A DNA stretch of 64,000 bases from NCBI GenBank assembly GCA_964016885.1, contig OZ024740.1, positions 39,370,001-39,434,000 of the forward strand, given 5' to 3'. Below, piece after piece: positions 49,558-59,731 of the stretch. This DNA comes from Eledone cirrhosa (taxonomy: Eukaryota). Each line of letters opens with the position of its first letter. Position 1 is the stretch's first letter. The notes beneath the pieces were generated by a model. It was not told where the DNA came from, searched no databases, and worked only from the letters and a program-made list of their open reading frames with translations. Position numbers and translations under genes: made by a program.

Positions 49558-49570
49558 TAGATAGATAGAT
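49465..49570. repeat. (TA)n(GA)n(GATA)n compound microsatellite
   Basis: Direct reading. Confidence 0.95.
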
Positions 49571-49780
49571 TTATTTACCATAAAGGCATAAAAAGAAGGG
49601 ACAAATACAAAGGGGGAGTTTACATATAATCGAGTAAAAAGGGTGTAACATGAAAATAATCGAAAATAACCTCAAAAGGGAGGAGACGTGATGGGGGTTG
49701 CACACACCCCCGAAAAAGTGTACAATCCTTTGCCCGGGGAGCACATGGAGAAGGTGCTCCCCTCTCCTTTACTTCTTTAC

Positions 49781-52700
49781 CTACAGGATGGTATACAGAG
49801 AAGGCCCATTTACACGAGCCATTCTCGCCACTATCACCCACCTTTCATAAAACTGCCTGTGGCCAAGCACCTCTCTCTCCATTCTTATCCTTCTTCCGAA
49901 GTGATATCGGAAGAAGTAGACCAGACTATGGCCAGAGAGGAAGTTTCCTGACCTCAGACCTTTCAATCGGGTCCACCAAACAACCTCTTTCAACATGGCT
50001 ATTACGCACAGAAAAACCGCCTTTGCTTCCTTTGTGAAGAGGGGAGGCGGTTTGATTGTCATCACGGACTCGGCGGTCAATTTAATCAGCGCCACCCGCG
50101 ACAGCAGTCGTTCGGCGTAGCCCCACAGATCAGCCACGCCCGGACATTGCACCAATGTGTGCGCAACGGTTTCTTCGTGACGCACGCATCTAGGGCAAAT
50201 CTTTTTTGAGGGATCCCTGCCCGGGCGCCCGTGTCTGTAGAGCCTCTCTCGAACGGGTAGAGCCCCCCGGTAGCACTGCCAGGCCAGTGACTTCTGGAAG
50301 TTTTCCATTGGTCCTGGGCCGAAAGTCCTACCGAACAGGCTGGCCAGTTCGTCTTCTTCCATGTCCAGCGACTCTCCAAGGGTGTCATCGCCCCTGCTAG
50401 CCACCAGCCCTCTATAGAATGATGAGGTGGATTCTCCACCGATGGCCCGGCCCGCTTGCCAGAGAGCCCTGAGCGCCTGAGCACACTCAGTGTGCCAGTC
50501 TCCCAGTTTTCCGGATCTTTGCTTGACCCAGGACTGTAGCTCGGTGAGTGAGACGAGTCTCGGAAAGGCTGGTTTCACGAACGGAGCCCACACCGGTTGA
50601 CCAGTGAGGAATACCTGTAGGTGCCGTAGCCTTAATGCGTGCCTACGCATCATCAACCACGGCATCCCCAGCCCTCCTTTCGAAGGTTGTTGGCAGCAGA
50701 TGGATCTTCTCACCATAGGAGGACGCTTCTTCCAAAGAAATTGGAAGAGCATGCGTTCCATGGTGGTGAGTGTTTCCTTAGGGCAAGGCACGACAGTCAG
50801 GCGGTAGTAAGTGACGGACGCTATGTAAATGTTCGCCACCTCCGCCCGGCCTTTTAGGGACAGCTTACACTTGGCCCATTTCTGGGTTAGTGCAAACACC
50901 TTGTTCGTAACCTCGTTCCAGTTCTTTTCCACCTGGAGGTCCGGTCCAAACCAGACCCCAAGCAACTTTACCGGGCCCTCCGTCCAGTGTCCGACGACAC
51001 CGTCAGGAGGCATCGGTCTGCCTCTCCACGTTCCGAGTTGCAGCCCGATGGATTTTTCCCGGTTCAGTTTCGCTCCTGACAACCTTTCGTACTCCTCCAG
51101 TAAGGTACCGATCGCCTCGATCTCCGAGTCGGTTGATACCATTACTGTTACGTCATCGGCGTAGGCCGACACCGCTTTGCTCAATCCTGGTTCCAGGGGG
51201 ATACCCTGCAACAACTCCAACTTCCTCAGTAAAGGCTCGAGAGTCAATACGTACAGAAGGGAGGAGAGAGGGCACCTCTGTCGAATGGATCGTGTGATTT
51301 CGAACGGCTTCGAAAGGTAGCCGTTCACCTTGATCCTAGAACAGATGTGGTTGCTATGTAGGGCAGTGATCCAGCCTCTGAAAACAGGACCGAACCCAGC
51401 CGCCGCTAGCACCGCATCCAGGTAACCATGGTCGACCCTATCGAAGGCCTTAGACTGATCTAAGTTGATCAGGGCCCCACCGAAGCCGGGTTTGTTGCCA
51501 ACCCTCTCTATGATGTATCGCATGAGGTGGAGGTTATCGTGAATGGACCTGGATGGGATAGCACATGTCTGCGCATCTCCCACCAGGCCACCCACGACAA
51601 GCGCCAACCTCTTTGCTAACACCTTGGCCAAAATCTTTAACTCTGTGTTTAGCAGGGTTATGGGCCGAAAATTATTTATACTATCCCCCTTGTTCTCGTC
51701 CTTCCTCACCAGCGTGACTACGCCCTTGGCTACAGAACAAGGAATTCTCCCGTTCTGCTGCCAATTGCAGTAGACCGCTTCGAGGAGTTCGGAGAAGAAG
51801 ACCGGCATTGCTAAATAAAGTTCGTAAGGTATACCATCGAGACCTGGAGATTTGCGTTTGCTGCATTGGCTCAGCGCATCTCCGATCTCATCAGCCGAGA
51901 TTGGTCCCTCGCAGGACTCTGCCTCTTCGTTCGAGAGACGCGGCAGGCCGTCGAGGTATGGACCGAAATCCACGCCCCCGCCCGAACCCTCGCCTCCCCC
52001 GAACAATCGGGCAAAGTGCCTTTGAAAGGCCTCGCACATCTGCTTAGGCTCCCGGATCACCCGTCCATCTTCGTCTTGCAACGACCGGATGGTGGATCGA
52101 TTTCCACTCTTAGCTTCTGTCACGCGGGCCCATCCAACGGCTTTGGCCCCCTCATTACCTAGAGCACGTATTTTACTTCGAATGACGCAGCCTTCGTGCT
52201 TTGCATCGAAAAACTGGTTCAAGGCCGTCCTCGATGCCAGCACTCTGGCCACATCTTCGCTCTTGATTGCCTCTTCTAATTTACCTGTTAATTCTTTCTC
52301 GTATCTATTCCTATCGGCAGCTAACATCTTGCTATAACTTATTGATTCTGTTCTAATTTCTCTTTTGAGAGATGCCCACCATCGGTTGTTGACGATTGCA
52401 CCCGTCAACCTCTCCTTAACTAATCTGCTAATCCGGTTTCTGTAAGTCTCTTTTGCCGGTAAAGACAAATTAAGTTTCCAGTAACCGGGACCTTGTCTAT
52501 GTGTTTTCTCGAGATTGACCACGCAGGTCACTAATTTGTGATCCGTGTAGCCAACCGTGCGCATTTCTGGACAGCTTAATATGTCCCTATCCTTACTTCT
52601 AACTAAGAATCTATCTAAGTACGATCTAGATTGACCACTGTGGTTTCTCCAAGTCCAGGTAGGCACAGTTGGAAAATCTAGTCGATATCTATCGACCAAG

Positions 52701-53218
52701 TTAAAACGGTCGAGTAGCCCCTTGAGGCTGTTACACCCCCCTCTATTAGGACATGCTCCTGCATAGTCCCAACGTGCATCCAGGATGTCATTCCAATCCC
52801 CCGCTAGAAGCAGGGAACGCGACGTTCCCAGAAAAGTCTCCAAACGCTGGAAGAAGTCGGGCCGTTCAGCTCCGAAAGGGGAGTAGACGGCGACCAGTCT
52901 CAAGGCCGCACTTTCACTACTGCCAACGTCTAGCACCAACAAACGACCCTCCGGGTCCGAGTGCACAACCTGTACGGCAAGACCCAGGTGTTTTTGCAGC
53001 AGTACGACAACCCCACCCCCACCTCCAGGTTGACAGAGAGATGCATGCACCTCAAAGTCATCGAAGGTGGGGGCCAGCTGCCGCACGACGCTGATTCGAG
53101 TCTTACAGATAACTATTACATTTATACTACATGACCTGAGGTCATTTAGAAGTTTTGCTTGCTTCCAAGTTGAGCCCAGGCCACGTGCATTCAAACATCC
53201 TACTCTTAACACATCCAT
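49781..53218 (-). CDS. ORF2: APE endonuclease, reverse transcriptase and C-terminal zinc finger (1145 aa), Tx1/L1 type
   Basis: Motifs LNARGL, GDWN, SYLDRF, TDH, GPGYWKLN, SPGLDG, RPITLLN, DQSKAFDRVDH, YADD and CPRC..ETVAH..C. Confidence 0.96.
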   Translation of the reverse strand: MDVLRVGCLNARGLGSTWKQAKLLNDLRSCSINVIVICKTRISVVRQLAPTFDDFEVHASLCQPGGGGGVVVLLQKHLGLAVQVVHSDPEGRLLVLDVGSSESAALRLVAVYSPFGAERPDFFQRLETFLGTSRSLLLAGDWNDILDARWDYAGACPNRGGCNSLKGLLDRFNLVDRYRLDFPTVPTWTWRNHSGQSRSYLDRFLVRSKDRDILSCPEMRTVGYTDHKLVTCVVNLEKTHRQGPGYWKLNLSLPAKETYRNRISRLVKERLTGAIVNNRWWASLKREIRTESISYSKMLAADRNRYEKELTGKLEEAIKSEDVARVLASRTALNQFFDAKHEGCVIRSKIRALGNEGAKAVGWARVTEAKSGNRSTIRSLQDEDGRVIREPKQMCEAFQRHFARLFGGGEGSGGGVDFGPYLDGLPRLSNEEAESCEGPISADEIGDALSQCSKRKSPGLDGIPYELYLAMPVFFSELLEAVYCNWQQNGRIPCSVAKGVVTLVRKDENKGDSINNFRPITLLNTELKILAKVLAKRLALVVGGLVGDAQTCAIPSRSIHDNLHLMRYIIERVGNKPGFGGALINLDQSKAFDRVDHGYLDAVLAAAGFGPVFRGWITALHSNHICSRIKVNGYLSKPFEITRSIRQRCPLSSLLYVLTLEPLLRKLELLQGIPLEPGLSKAVSAYADDVTVMVSTDSEIEAIGTLLEEYERLSGAKLNREKSIGLQLGTWRGRPMPPDGVVGHWTEGPVKLLGVWFGPDLQVEKNWNEVTNKVFALTQKWAKCKLSLKGRAEVANIYIASVTYYRLTVVPCPKETLTTMERMLFQFLWKKRPPMVRRSICCQQPSKGGLGMPWLMMRRHALRLRHLQVFLTGQPVWAPFVKPAFPRLVSLTELQSWVKQRSGKLGDWHTECAQALRALWQAGRAIGGESTSSFYRGLVASRGDDTLGESLDMEEDELASLFGRTFGPGPMENFQKSLAWQCYRGALPVRERLYRHGRPGRDPSKKICPRCVRHEETVAHTLVQCPGVADLWGYAERLLSRVALIKLTAESVMTIKPPPLFTKEAKAVFLCVIAMLKEVVWWTRLKGLRSGNFLSGHSLVYFFRYHFGRRIRMEREVLGHRQFYERWVIVARMARVNGPSLYTIL

Positions 53219-53251
53219 GTGGGCGGCAGAGCCAAAGGAGAGTGTAGAGAC

Positions 53252-55153
53252 CTACCTTTCCGCTTCCCGGGGTTCGGGTTGCACGACTTCCATGGGGTCG
53301 GGGGTGTTGGGTGAAGGGGTGTCTTGTGGTGGTGTGGGGTCGTCAGTGTGTGGTGGGGTTGGGGTGTTTGGAGTTGTGTTGGGGAGGGGAAGGGGAGGGG
53401 GAAAGCTTTTTAGTAGGACGCGGTTTATGGGTTTGACAGAGGGTGGTCCTACGTCCTCCTTAAAATCCTTTTTTAGTTTTTGGTAGAGGTTCATTGGGAT
53501 CTTTATTAGTTTTAAATGTGGGTAGTTTTCTGACGAAACAAAGTTTACACCTTCGGTTTGTACCGAAGGATTATTGTATATGAGCTCATTTAATTTATTA
53601 TTGTTTCTGTTGATGTAAGTATAGTGTAATGTCTTTTTTTCCGATGGTGTGAGTGTTTCGAAGAGGGGAGGGGCAGGTTTGGTTTTGTTTGTTGCTGGAG
53701 GGATGTTTTCTGTTTTGTTGGATTGTGTTGAGATTTGGGTGGGGGTTGTTTGTCCTTGTGTGCTTTGCACATGTTTTCTTTTTTTCCTTTTAATCTGTCT
53801 GAAGGACTCCGTTTCTTCCTCCGAATTCGTTGGGTTATCTTCAGTGTTGGAGGGAAGAGGTATGTTTGCTGGTAATGTTTCCGTGTTGGTTTTCTTTGTG
53901 GGGGAGATGGATGTCACTATGTTAGACTGTGTTGTGTGTTGTGTCTGCGGTGGTTGTGTTGTTTTATTGAGTGAGAGGTTGGGTGGGCCTGTATTTTGTT
54001 TTGGGGTAATGTGTTGTGACTGTTTGTGTTGTGGTGGTGTTGTGGTTTTACTGAGGGACGGGTTGGGTGGGACTGAGTTTTGTTGTTTGTTTATCTGTTG
54101 TGGTGGTGGTGGTGGAGCTGGTGTTGGTAGCAGGGTTTTCTTTTTGTTGAGTTGGGGACAAGCGGCCTTCAGGTGCCCTCTGCCTGCACAGATATGGCAG
54201 GACGGCCTTCTCCCCTCCACGCTAATGTTTATATACCCGTGGTCCTCTAATAGGATTCTGTCGGGTATTTGGGCGATGCGTTCAGGCTTCATTTGTACTA
54301 CCAGCTCTATACCTGTTCCACTGAACGCATTGCCTGTGGTTTTCCCAATGGAAATCACGTTGTCATTCACTGGATCGATGAAGCCAGCTATGAGCCAGCA
54401 GTAGTCCACATCTGGCATCATTGCATCCAGCCATATGCGTTGAGTTCTTTTCCCCATATAAGATGGATAAAAGGTGAAATTTTTCGAACGAATCGGTGAC
54501 AAAGCACATTTTTTTGCCGCCGATTCGTTCTTCATGATAATTGCTAGGCTTCCATACAGTCTGTCTTTTCTTATGAAAGTGGTTTCATTAAGTACTTCTG
54601 TGAGTACTGTTTTGATATCTGCTTGAGAAGGCTGTTCAGGTTTTTTTGTACTGTTGTTGATGGTCCGAAACTTGACCGTTCGGCTTTCAATGTCTTTCGT
54701 GAATTCTTGAGGCATTTTTACCGATAAAATACCATTCTCTCCTTCACTTATGTATTGTTTGGCGTCCGTGATCCTTCGTACCACATCTGAAATGTTTTCC
54801 GCTATATAAGTCAAAGATTTCTTTGTTTTCTGTGCAAATGAAATCTTGTCGTCTGCTTTGTTTTCTGATATGGTGTTATTTTCAACTGTTATTTTTGTGT
54901 TTGTTGTGTCTTTGTTTGTGTTATTAGTATTGTCATGCAATTTTTCAAATTTTTTTTTTTCGTTGTTGGAATCCAAGTCCAGATTTGTGTTTTCGTCATT
55001 TAATTTTTTCTCCGCAGATTCGTCTGTTTTTATTTTAATTTTTCCTTCCTTCTCTATGACGTTAGTTGGGAAGGAAGGGAGGACTAAAGCGTGCGAGCTT
55101 ACAACTCTTACCGCTGTCCCCCCACCACTATTTTCGTTCGCTGCGTTTAACAT
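53252..55153 (-). CDS. ORF1: gag-like nucleic-acid-binding protein (633 aa) with zinc knuckle and low-complexity N/K and P/T/Q tracts
   Basis: CHICAGRGHLKAAC (CX2CX4HX4C); ends 33 nt upstream of the ORF2 start on the same strand. Confidence 0.88.
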   Translation of the reverse strand: MLNAANENSGGGTAVRVVSSHALVLPSFPTNVIEKEGKIKIKTDESAEKKLNDENTNLDLDSNNEKKKFEKLHDNTNNTNKDTTNTKITVENNTISENKADDKISFAQKTKKSLTYIAENISDVVRRITDAKQYISEGENGILSVKMPQEFTKDIESRTVKFRTINNSTKKPEQPSQADIKTVLTEVLNETTFIRKDRLYGSLAIIMKNESAAKKCALSPIRSKNFTFYPSYMGKRTQRIWLDAMMPDVDYCWLIAGFIDPVNDNVISIGKTTGNAFSGTGIELVVQMKPERIAQIPDRILLEDHGYINISVEGRRPSCHICAGRGHLKAACPQLNKKKTLLPTPAPPPPPQQINKQQNSVPPNPSLSKTTTPPQHKQSQHITPKQNTGPPNLSLNKTTQPPQTQHTTQSNIVTSISPTKKTNTETLPANIPLPSNTEDNPTNSEEETESFRQIKRKKRKHVQSTQGQTTPTQISTQSNKTENIPPATNKTKPAPPLFETLTPSEKKTLHYTYINRNNNKLNELIYNNPSVQTEGVNFVSSENYPHLKLIKIPMNLYQKLKKDFKEDVGPPSVKPINRVLLKSFPPPLPLPNTTPNTPTPPHTDDPTPPQDTPSPNTPDPMEVVQPEPREAER

Positions 55154-55383
55154 TTCTGTTAGACGATTGAAATTTTTTACACAAAATTTTTTAAAACAGG
55201 TTTTTCACCTCTAGGAGGGGTAAAGATGAGCTGACCCACCGCCTGACAGTTCAGACGGAGGGTCAAGCTACACAATTGTATCAAAATTAAGTTTGAACTC
55301 ACAAAATTTCCTCAATAAATTTGAACAAAACTTCTGTGCGAAGTGAATGACATCCACACTGTAGAACAGACGACAGCTAGATT

Positions 55384-55447
<64 letters not shown>

Positions 55448-55450
55448 TAT

Positions 55451-55519
<69 letters not shown>
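55384..55519. repeat. (GATA)n(TA)n microsatellite
   Basis: Direct reading. Confidence 0.95.
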
Positions 55520-55521
<2 letters not shown>

Positions 55522-56597
55522 TACAGAAGTTTGCACTCACTCTAATAAATCCGCCTATTATTATAACAATATCTGCTCACTCTGCCATATGTGATTCTGG
55601 AAGCGGAGTTTCCTATAGACACTTTCTCCCTTTGTAACGGGATAGCTATCACGATTTGCATTTACTATGGTATAGTTGTATACGGTACGACACATTGGTT
55701 GGAGGCCAACTTGGACATACAGTGAATTTCACCTGGGACTTTGGGTTGAGCGACCGGACGTGAGGACTTTGGGGAATGCCAGTTATTGCGGACCTGGCGT
55801 GTTTTCAATTTCCTCATTTGAGTGCCGGCTGTACATGTACCATACATTTCTTTAACTCATCGTACTTTTTTTGTTTTTATTTTAGATTTTAGGTGTATAT
55901 CCCAGACCGCCTATGGTGATAAATCCCCTGGGTATAGGTTTTGGAAAAATAGTTTTATCTAACTTAACGTTCGGAACTGGAACATATCGATGTGGTTCGT
56001 AGGGTGCTGATATGATAAGGAGAATCGACCTGTTACAAGGCGATATAATTGGAGTACACCATCCCTCATATGGACTATCATACATGTAAGGCTGCACCAC
56101 TGCTAACCAACTATTCTTCTCACAGATTCATGCTTGCAAACTCTCTTAATCTGCCTGTACATCCTGTTTTTGCACTGCTTGTGCTTTGATGTATCTATGC
56201 TTTCCTGTTTTATATTTTGAGAGGGTTTTCGGGCTTTTTGTTCCTTTATTGTTTTGTATTTTTATATTTATCTCTTTTGTTATCTCTGTATTTTTGTACG
56301 TTTTTATTATTTTTTTATTGTTTCTGATCATGCTGAGTAATACCTTCAATCATCCCTTGCTACCCTCTCCCACCCTCTTTATCATCTATTGCACCATTTA
56401 AGTGATACATTTTTGGTGTAATTTTTAATTTTTAATTTTTGATGTAATTTTTTAAGACATTTTATGACATTATGTGCATCATGTATTCTGTCTTTTTTCA
56501 TATAGCGCTGGCATCGGGACCCCCTGCTGGTCCTTTAACCTTGTTCTGGTGACGCAGCTCGATGGAGCATGTAACTATTGATATACTCTTGTTTATA

Positions 56598-56644
56598 AGC
56601 TCTGATGATTCCTGCCATGGGGTATGTATGAAACACTGTTAGCT
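56598..56644 (+). ncRNA. Degenerate type I hammerhead motif
   Basis: AGCT-CTGATGA-[21 nt, weak stem II]-GAAAC-ACT-GTT-AGCT, followed by AATAAA. Confidence 0.5.
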
Positions 56645-56796
56645 AATAAAACAATGTATTTCTAAGCACTCTTTGGTTATTCCTATAACTACCTATAACT
56701 ATAACGGCTCTGTAGTATACTAGTTATCCTACATTGAGCTAAAACCACACTGTCATATATCTGCGTGTCTGGGCATATTGATATATTTGTCAACGA

Positions 56797-56867
<71 letters not shown>

Positions 56868-57069
56868 TATATATACGTACATACATATATGTATACAGAC
56901 GTACAGTAGTATGTATATATATACATACATGCACACATATATATATGTACGTATGGATTTACCGACCATTTATTATAATGCTCGGTTTGTTTGTAAACAA
57001 ACATCCCGAATTAAGCCGTACAGTGTTTAGCAACCACCGCTGCTCTTTTGTTCAACACTGACAAAGGAA

Positions 57070-57110
57070 CGATGTACTAGTTTCAAGCTTATTAGCTATC
57101 GTCAGCACCG
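57070..57110 (-). ncRNA. Minimal type I hammerhead ribozyme
   Basis: Minus strand CGGTG-CTGACGA-T AGCT AATA AGCT T-GAAAC-TA-GTA-CATCG; palindromic stem III ACTAGT. Confidence 0.72.
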
Positions 57111-57338
57111 TATACCTTCCTGAAAGATGATTGAACGCCTGAAAATATATACTTTCCTTATGCATATTAACGGCTGAGCAGCCTAATTTGCATATCGAGT
57201 GAGTTAATCGGCCGGGCGCACCGAAAACAATAAATGGAAAAAAATGAAACGAAATTTCATTTCTCACTCTTAGTACGGCTGTTACTTAAATATAAGTATG
57301 TATACGTACATACATATATGTATACAGACGTACAGTAG

Positions 57339-57394
<56 letters not shown>

Positions 57395-57793
57395 AATAAG
57401 GGAGCTGCGGAGTTGCAAATGGGTTACATATGAAAAAAGTTTGTCCTTCATCAGTGATCTTCCAACCATCATAGGCATTTCATCGCTTTAAAGACCATAT
57501 ACCTCCGGTTGGTGCGAGCAACGGTTAAAAAAAGTCGTTGGGACACGTAAATAAAGGGGACGCGAGGGTAAACAAACAAAATGGTGAAGCAACAGAAAGT
57601 GAGGAAGAAAGAGACAAGTCCCAGATTTCTATGAATTTAAATTCGGTGAAATCGTGAACGAGAGAATAAAGACCATCAAACCTGGTTGAAATGTGAGCAA
57701 GGAAGGAATTTCGCACAGGTATAACGGGAGGAAGAAGGGGTCTGGTCTGCGAATTCGGTAAACATAAGTTGGATTTTGTCTATTATATTCCAA

Positions 57794-57851
57794 ATACCTG
57801 ATGATGTCACCGGATTCATACTGAACACGGTCATTGAAATGATTATAGTAT
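57794..57851 (+). ncRNA. Degenerate type I hammerhead motif
   Basis: ATAC-CTGATGA-TGTCACCG...CGGTCATT-GAAAT-GATT-ATA-GTAT, followed by AATAAA. Confidence 0.55.
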
Positions 57852-57911
57852 AATAAACCTGTTAAGGAATTACACCAGTCCAGCCTCCTGTTATTTTATT
57901 ATATATATATA

Positions 57912-59731
57912 TCTATATATATAAAGGAAAGATGGACATTGTTTGGTGTTCCGAACTTGCATGCTACACCGTTCATCCAATTTTCATGAAACCTCACACA
58001 TATATAAAACTCAACGCGTAGAGTGGAATAGGCTACTTGAAATGTTCGAAAAATCGATAATTGGGCCCTATCACAGAATGTTTTTCGATTCCAATGAAAT
58101 TTTATGTGAATTCGAACACAAGAACTCTTAGTTTACATCTGGCGCAATAAAAATAAATTTCATATGCCCATATAAGGACGTGCGTAAACGACCGACCATT
58201 AAAGTGTTTATCTTTTCATATTCCACCTTATTCAAGTGGAAATACAGTATTATCCCTATCTGAAAAGGGAACCAAATTTAATGGTGTCTTTTGTGATGCT
58301 AAAAGCTGTGAGTAAATTTTCAAACAGTCTTAAATAATCATGCTTTTTGAAAAAAAAAATTACTAAATAATACGTTGACCAAGTTGTATTGTATACATAC
58401 AAAGTTGTAAAAAATGTTACGTCCGTACCAATGTTTTCCTTTTTTAAACAAAAGATTCTAAAAAATTACTTAATTTATAATACAGTCTTTTGCACAGGAA
58501 GTGAGTAACTTTTCGGGTGTTTAAACGTAAGTTCACCAGGGTTTGTGTCTTCATTATTAGCCCACCTCTAATGGCATTGTTTGTTCTGCTTACGACTAAA
58601 TGTTATTCACCAGTAACCATGCTAACGAATCTGGTGTCATCTCTCTCTGTATTTAATCACCTCTCTCTAACCTAACAGCTTCGTTACACGTCGTTATGCC
58701 CACACCGAAACGTTCAAGACTTACCTCCAAAAAAGGTACAGCTACTGCTTTGAGACAACGAATTAGGCGTTCTCAGGTATGAGTTCATTCACAATTGATT
58801 AATCCTTTATGCAATATTCTCCCTTAATGTTAGCAAGTACTGCGTTTATCCTAACTGTCACCACTTTTAAGCAACTACAACATTCTAATCGTAGTTATAT
58901 TAAATTTATTGTCTTACCTTGATTCCCTTTTGTTCATGTTAGACTTTTCTCATTTACTATTGACACTGCCATTGGCTTAGCTAACCAGTAGAATTAATTA
59001 ATTTTCTCTAGGAAACACCTGCTGAGCGCGAATCTCGACTCGCTGATAGACGTCTTTCCCGGCTGGTTGAGTCACCAACATCACGTACGACAAGGCTTGC
59101 TGATGTTCGCCTTCGTCGCCAACAAGCGCTGACGGAGGAATCACCAACATCCCGTCAGACGAGGCTTGATGCTGTGGCAAAGAGCAATAACCCTAGATAC
59201 AATTTTGATCAACTTTTTTCACCTATAGCAAATTTACCGGGACAGGTTTTTAGCTACTCAAATCTACTTCAGAGATCACACATTGATGTAAAAAATCAAT
59301 AAAACTGAAGCGGGGCTCGACTTTGCGCAAAAAAACAAGGCAAAGTTACACATGGGAAAACTTTTTACAGGAACGTCCTATATTCTTGAAAACTGTCACA
59401 AAAGACTCGCCATTATGCCGCGGTTAAGATAAAGGCCCTTTTAATTCTTCTTCTGCACATGTGAGCGCAAAAATTGTAAAAAAAAAAAACCCTGAAAGTA
59501 ATCGACATTTTCACCCTGCTTTAAATTAACTAAACATTCAATATCAAGCGAACAATTTCAACGATACACTGTGTAACTACAATTAATAAATTACACACCT
59601 GTGTCTACTAACCTATTTTTTTTCATTGAAGTTCGAAGTTTTGAACCTGTGATGCGCGGGAAGTAACTTTCACACATTCTAACAGACCAAAGGTCGACTA
59701 ACACCCGGGCAACGCCGGGTACTTCTGCTAG
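57912..59731 (+). mobile_element. Non-autonomous Helitron (~1.8 kb)
   Basis: 5' TCTATATATATAAA; 3' hairpin ACCCGG-GCAACG-CCGGGT followed by CTAG; inserted between A and T within a TA tract. Confidence 0.88.
58696..59302 (+). pseudogene. Spliced remnant of a Helitron RepHel N-terminus with STPR-like repeats (exons 58696-58776 and 59012-59302; 123 aa)
   Basis: MPTPKRSRLTSKKGTATALRQRIRRSQ, then GTATGA...CTAAC...TTTTCTCTAG, then ETPAERESRLAD..ESPTSRTTRLAD..EESPTSRQTRL; phase-0 intron in frame. Confidence 0.7.

Larger units (their letters stand above)
49570..55383 (-). mobile_element. Apparently full-length Tx1-like (L1 group) non-LTR retrotransposon, ~5.8 kb
   Basis: ~230-nt 5' UTR, ORF1 with CCHC knuckle, ORF2 with APE + RT + zinc finger, pyrimidine-rich 3' UTR ending in AATAAA; (GATA)n at both ends. 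Confidence 0.92.

Noticed and set aside
49620-55214. Overlapping or antisense ORFs within the Tx1 element (e.g. 53649-54404)
   Set aside because: Shadow frames of biased-composition ORF1/ORF2.
57425-57460. Minus-strand CTGATGAAGG as a further hammerhead
   Set aside because: No properly placed GAAA or paired stems downstream.
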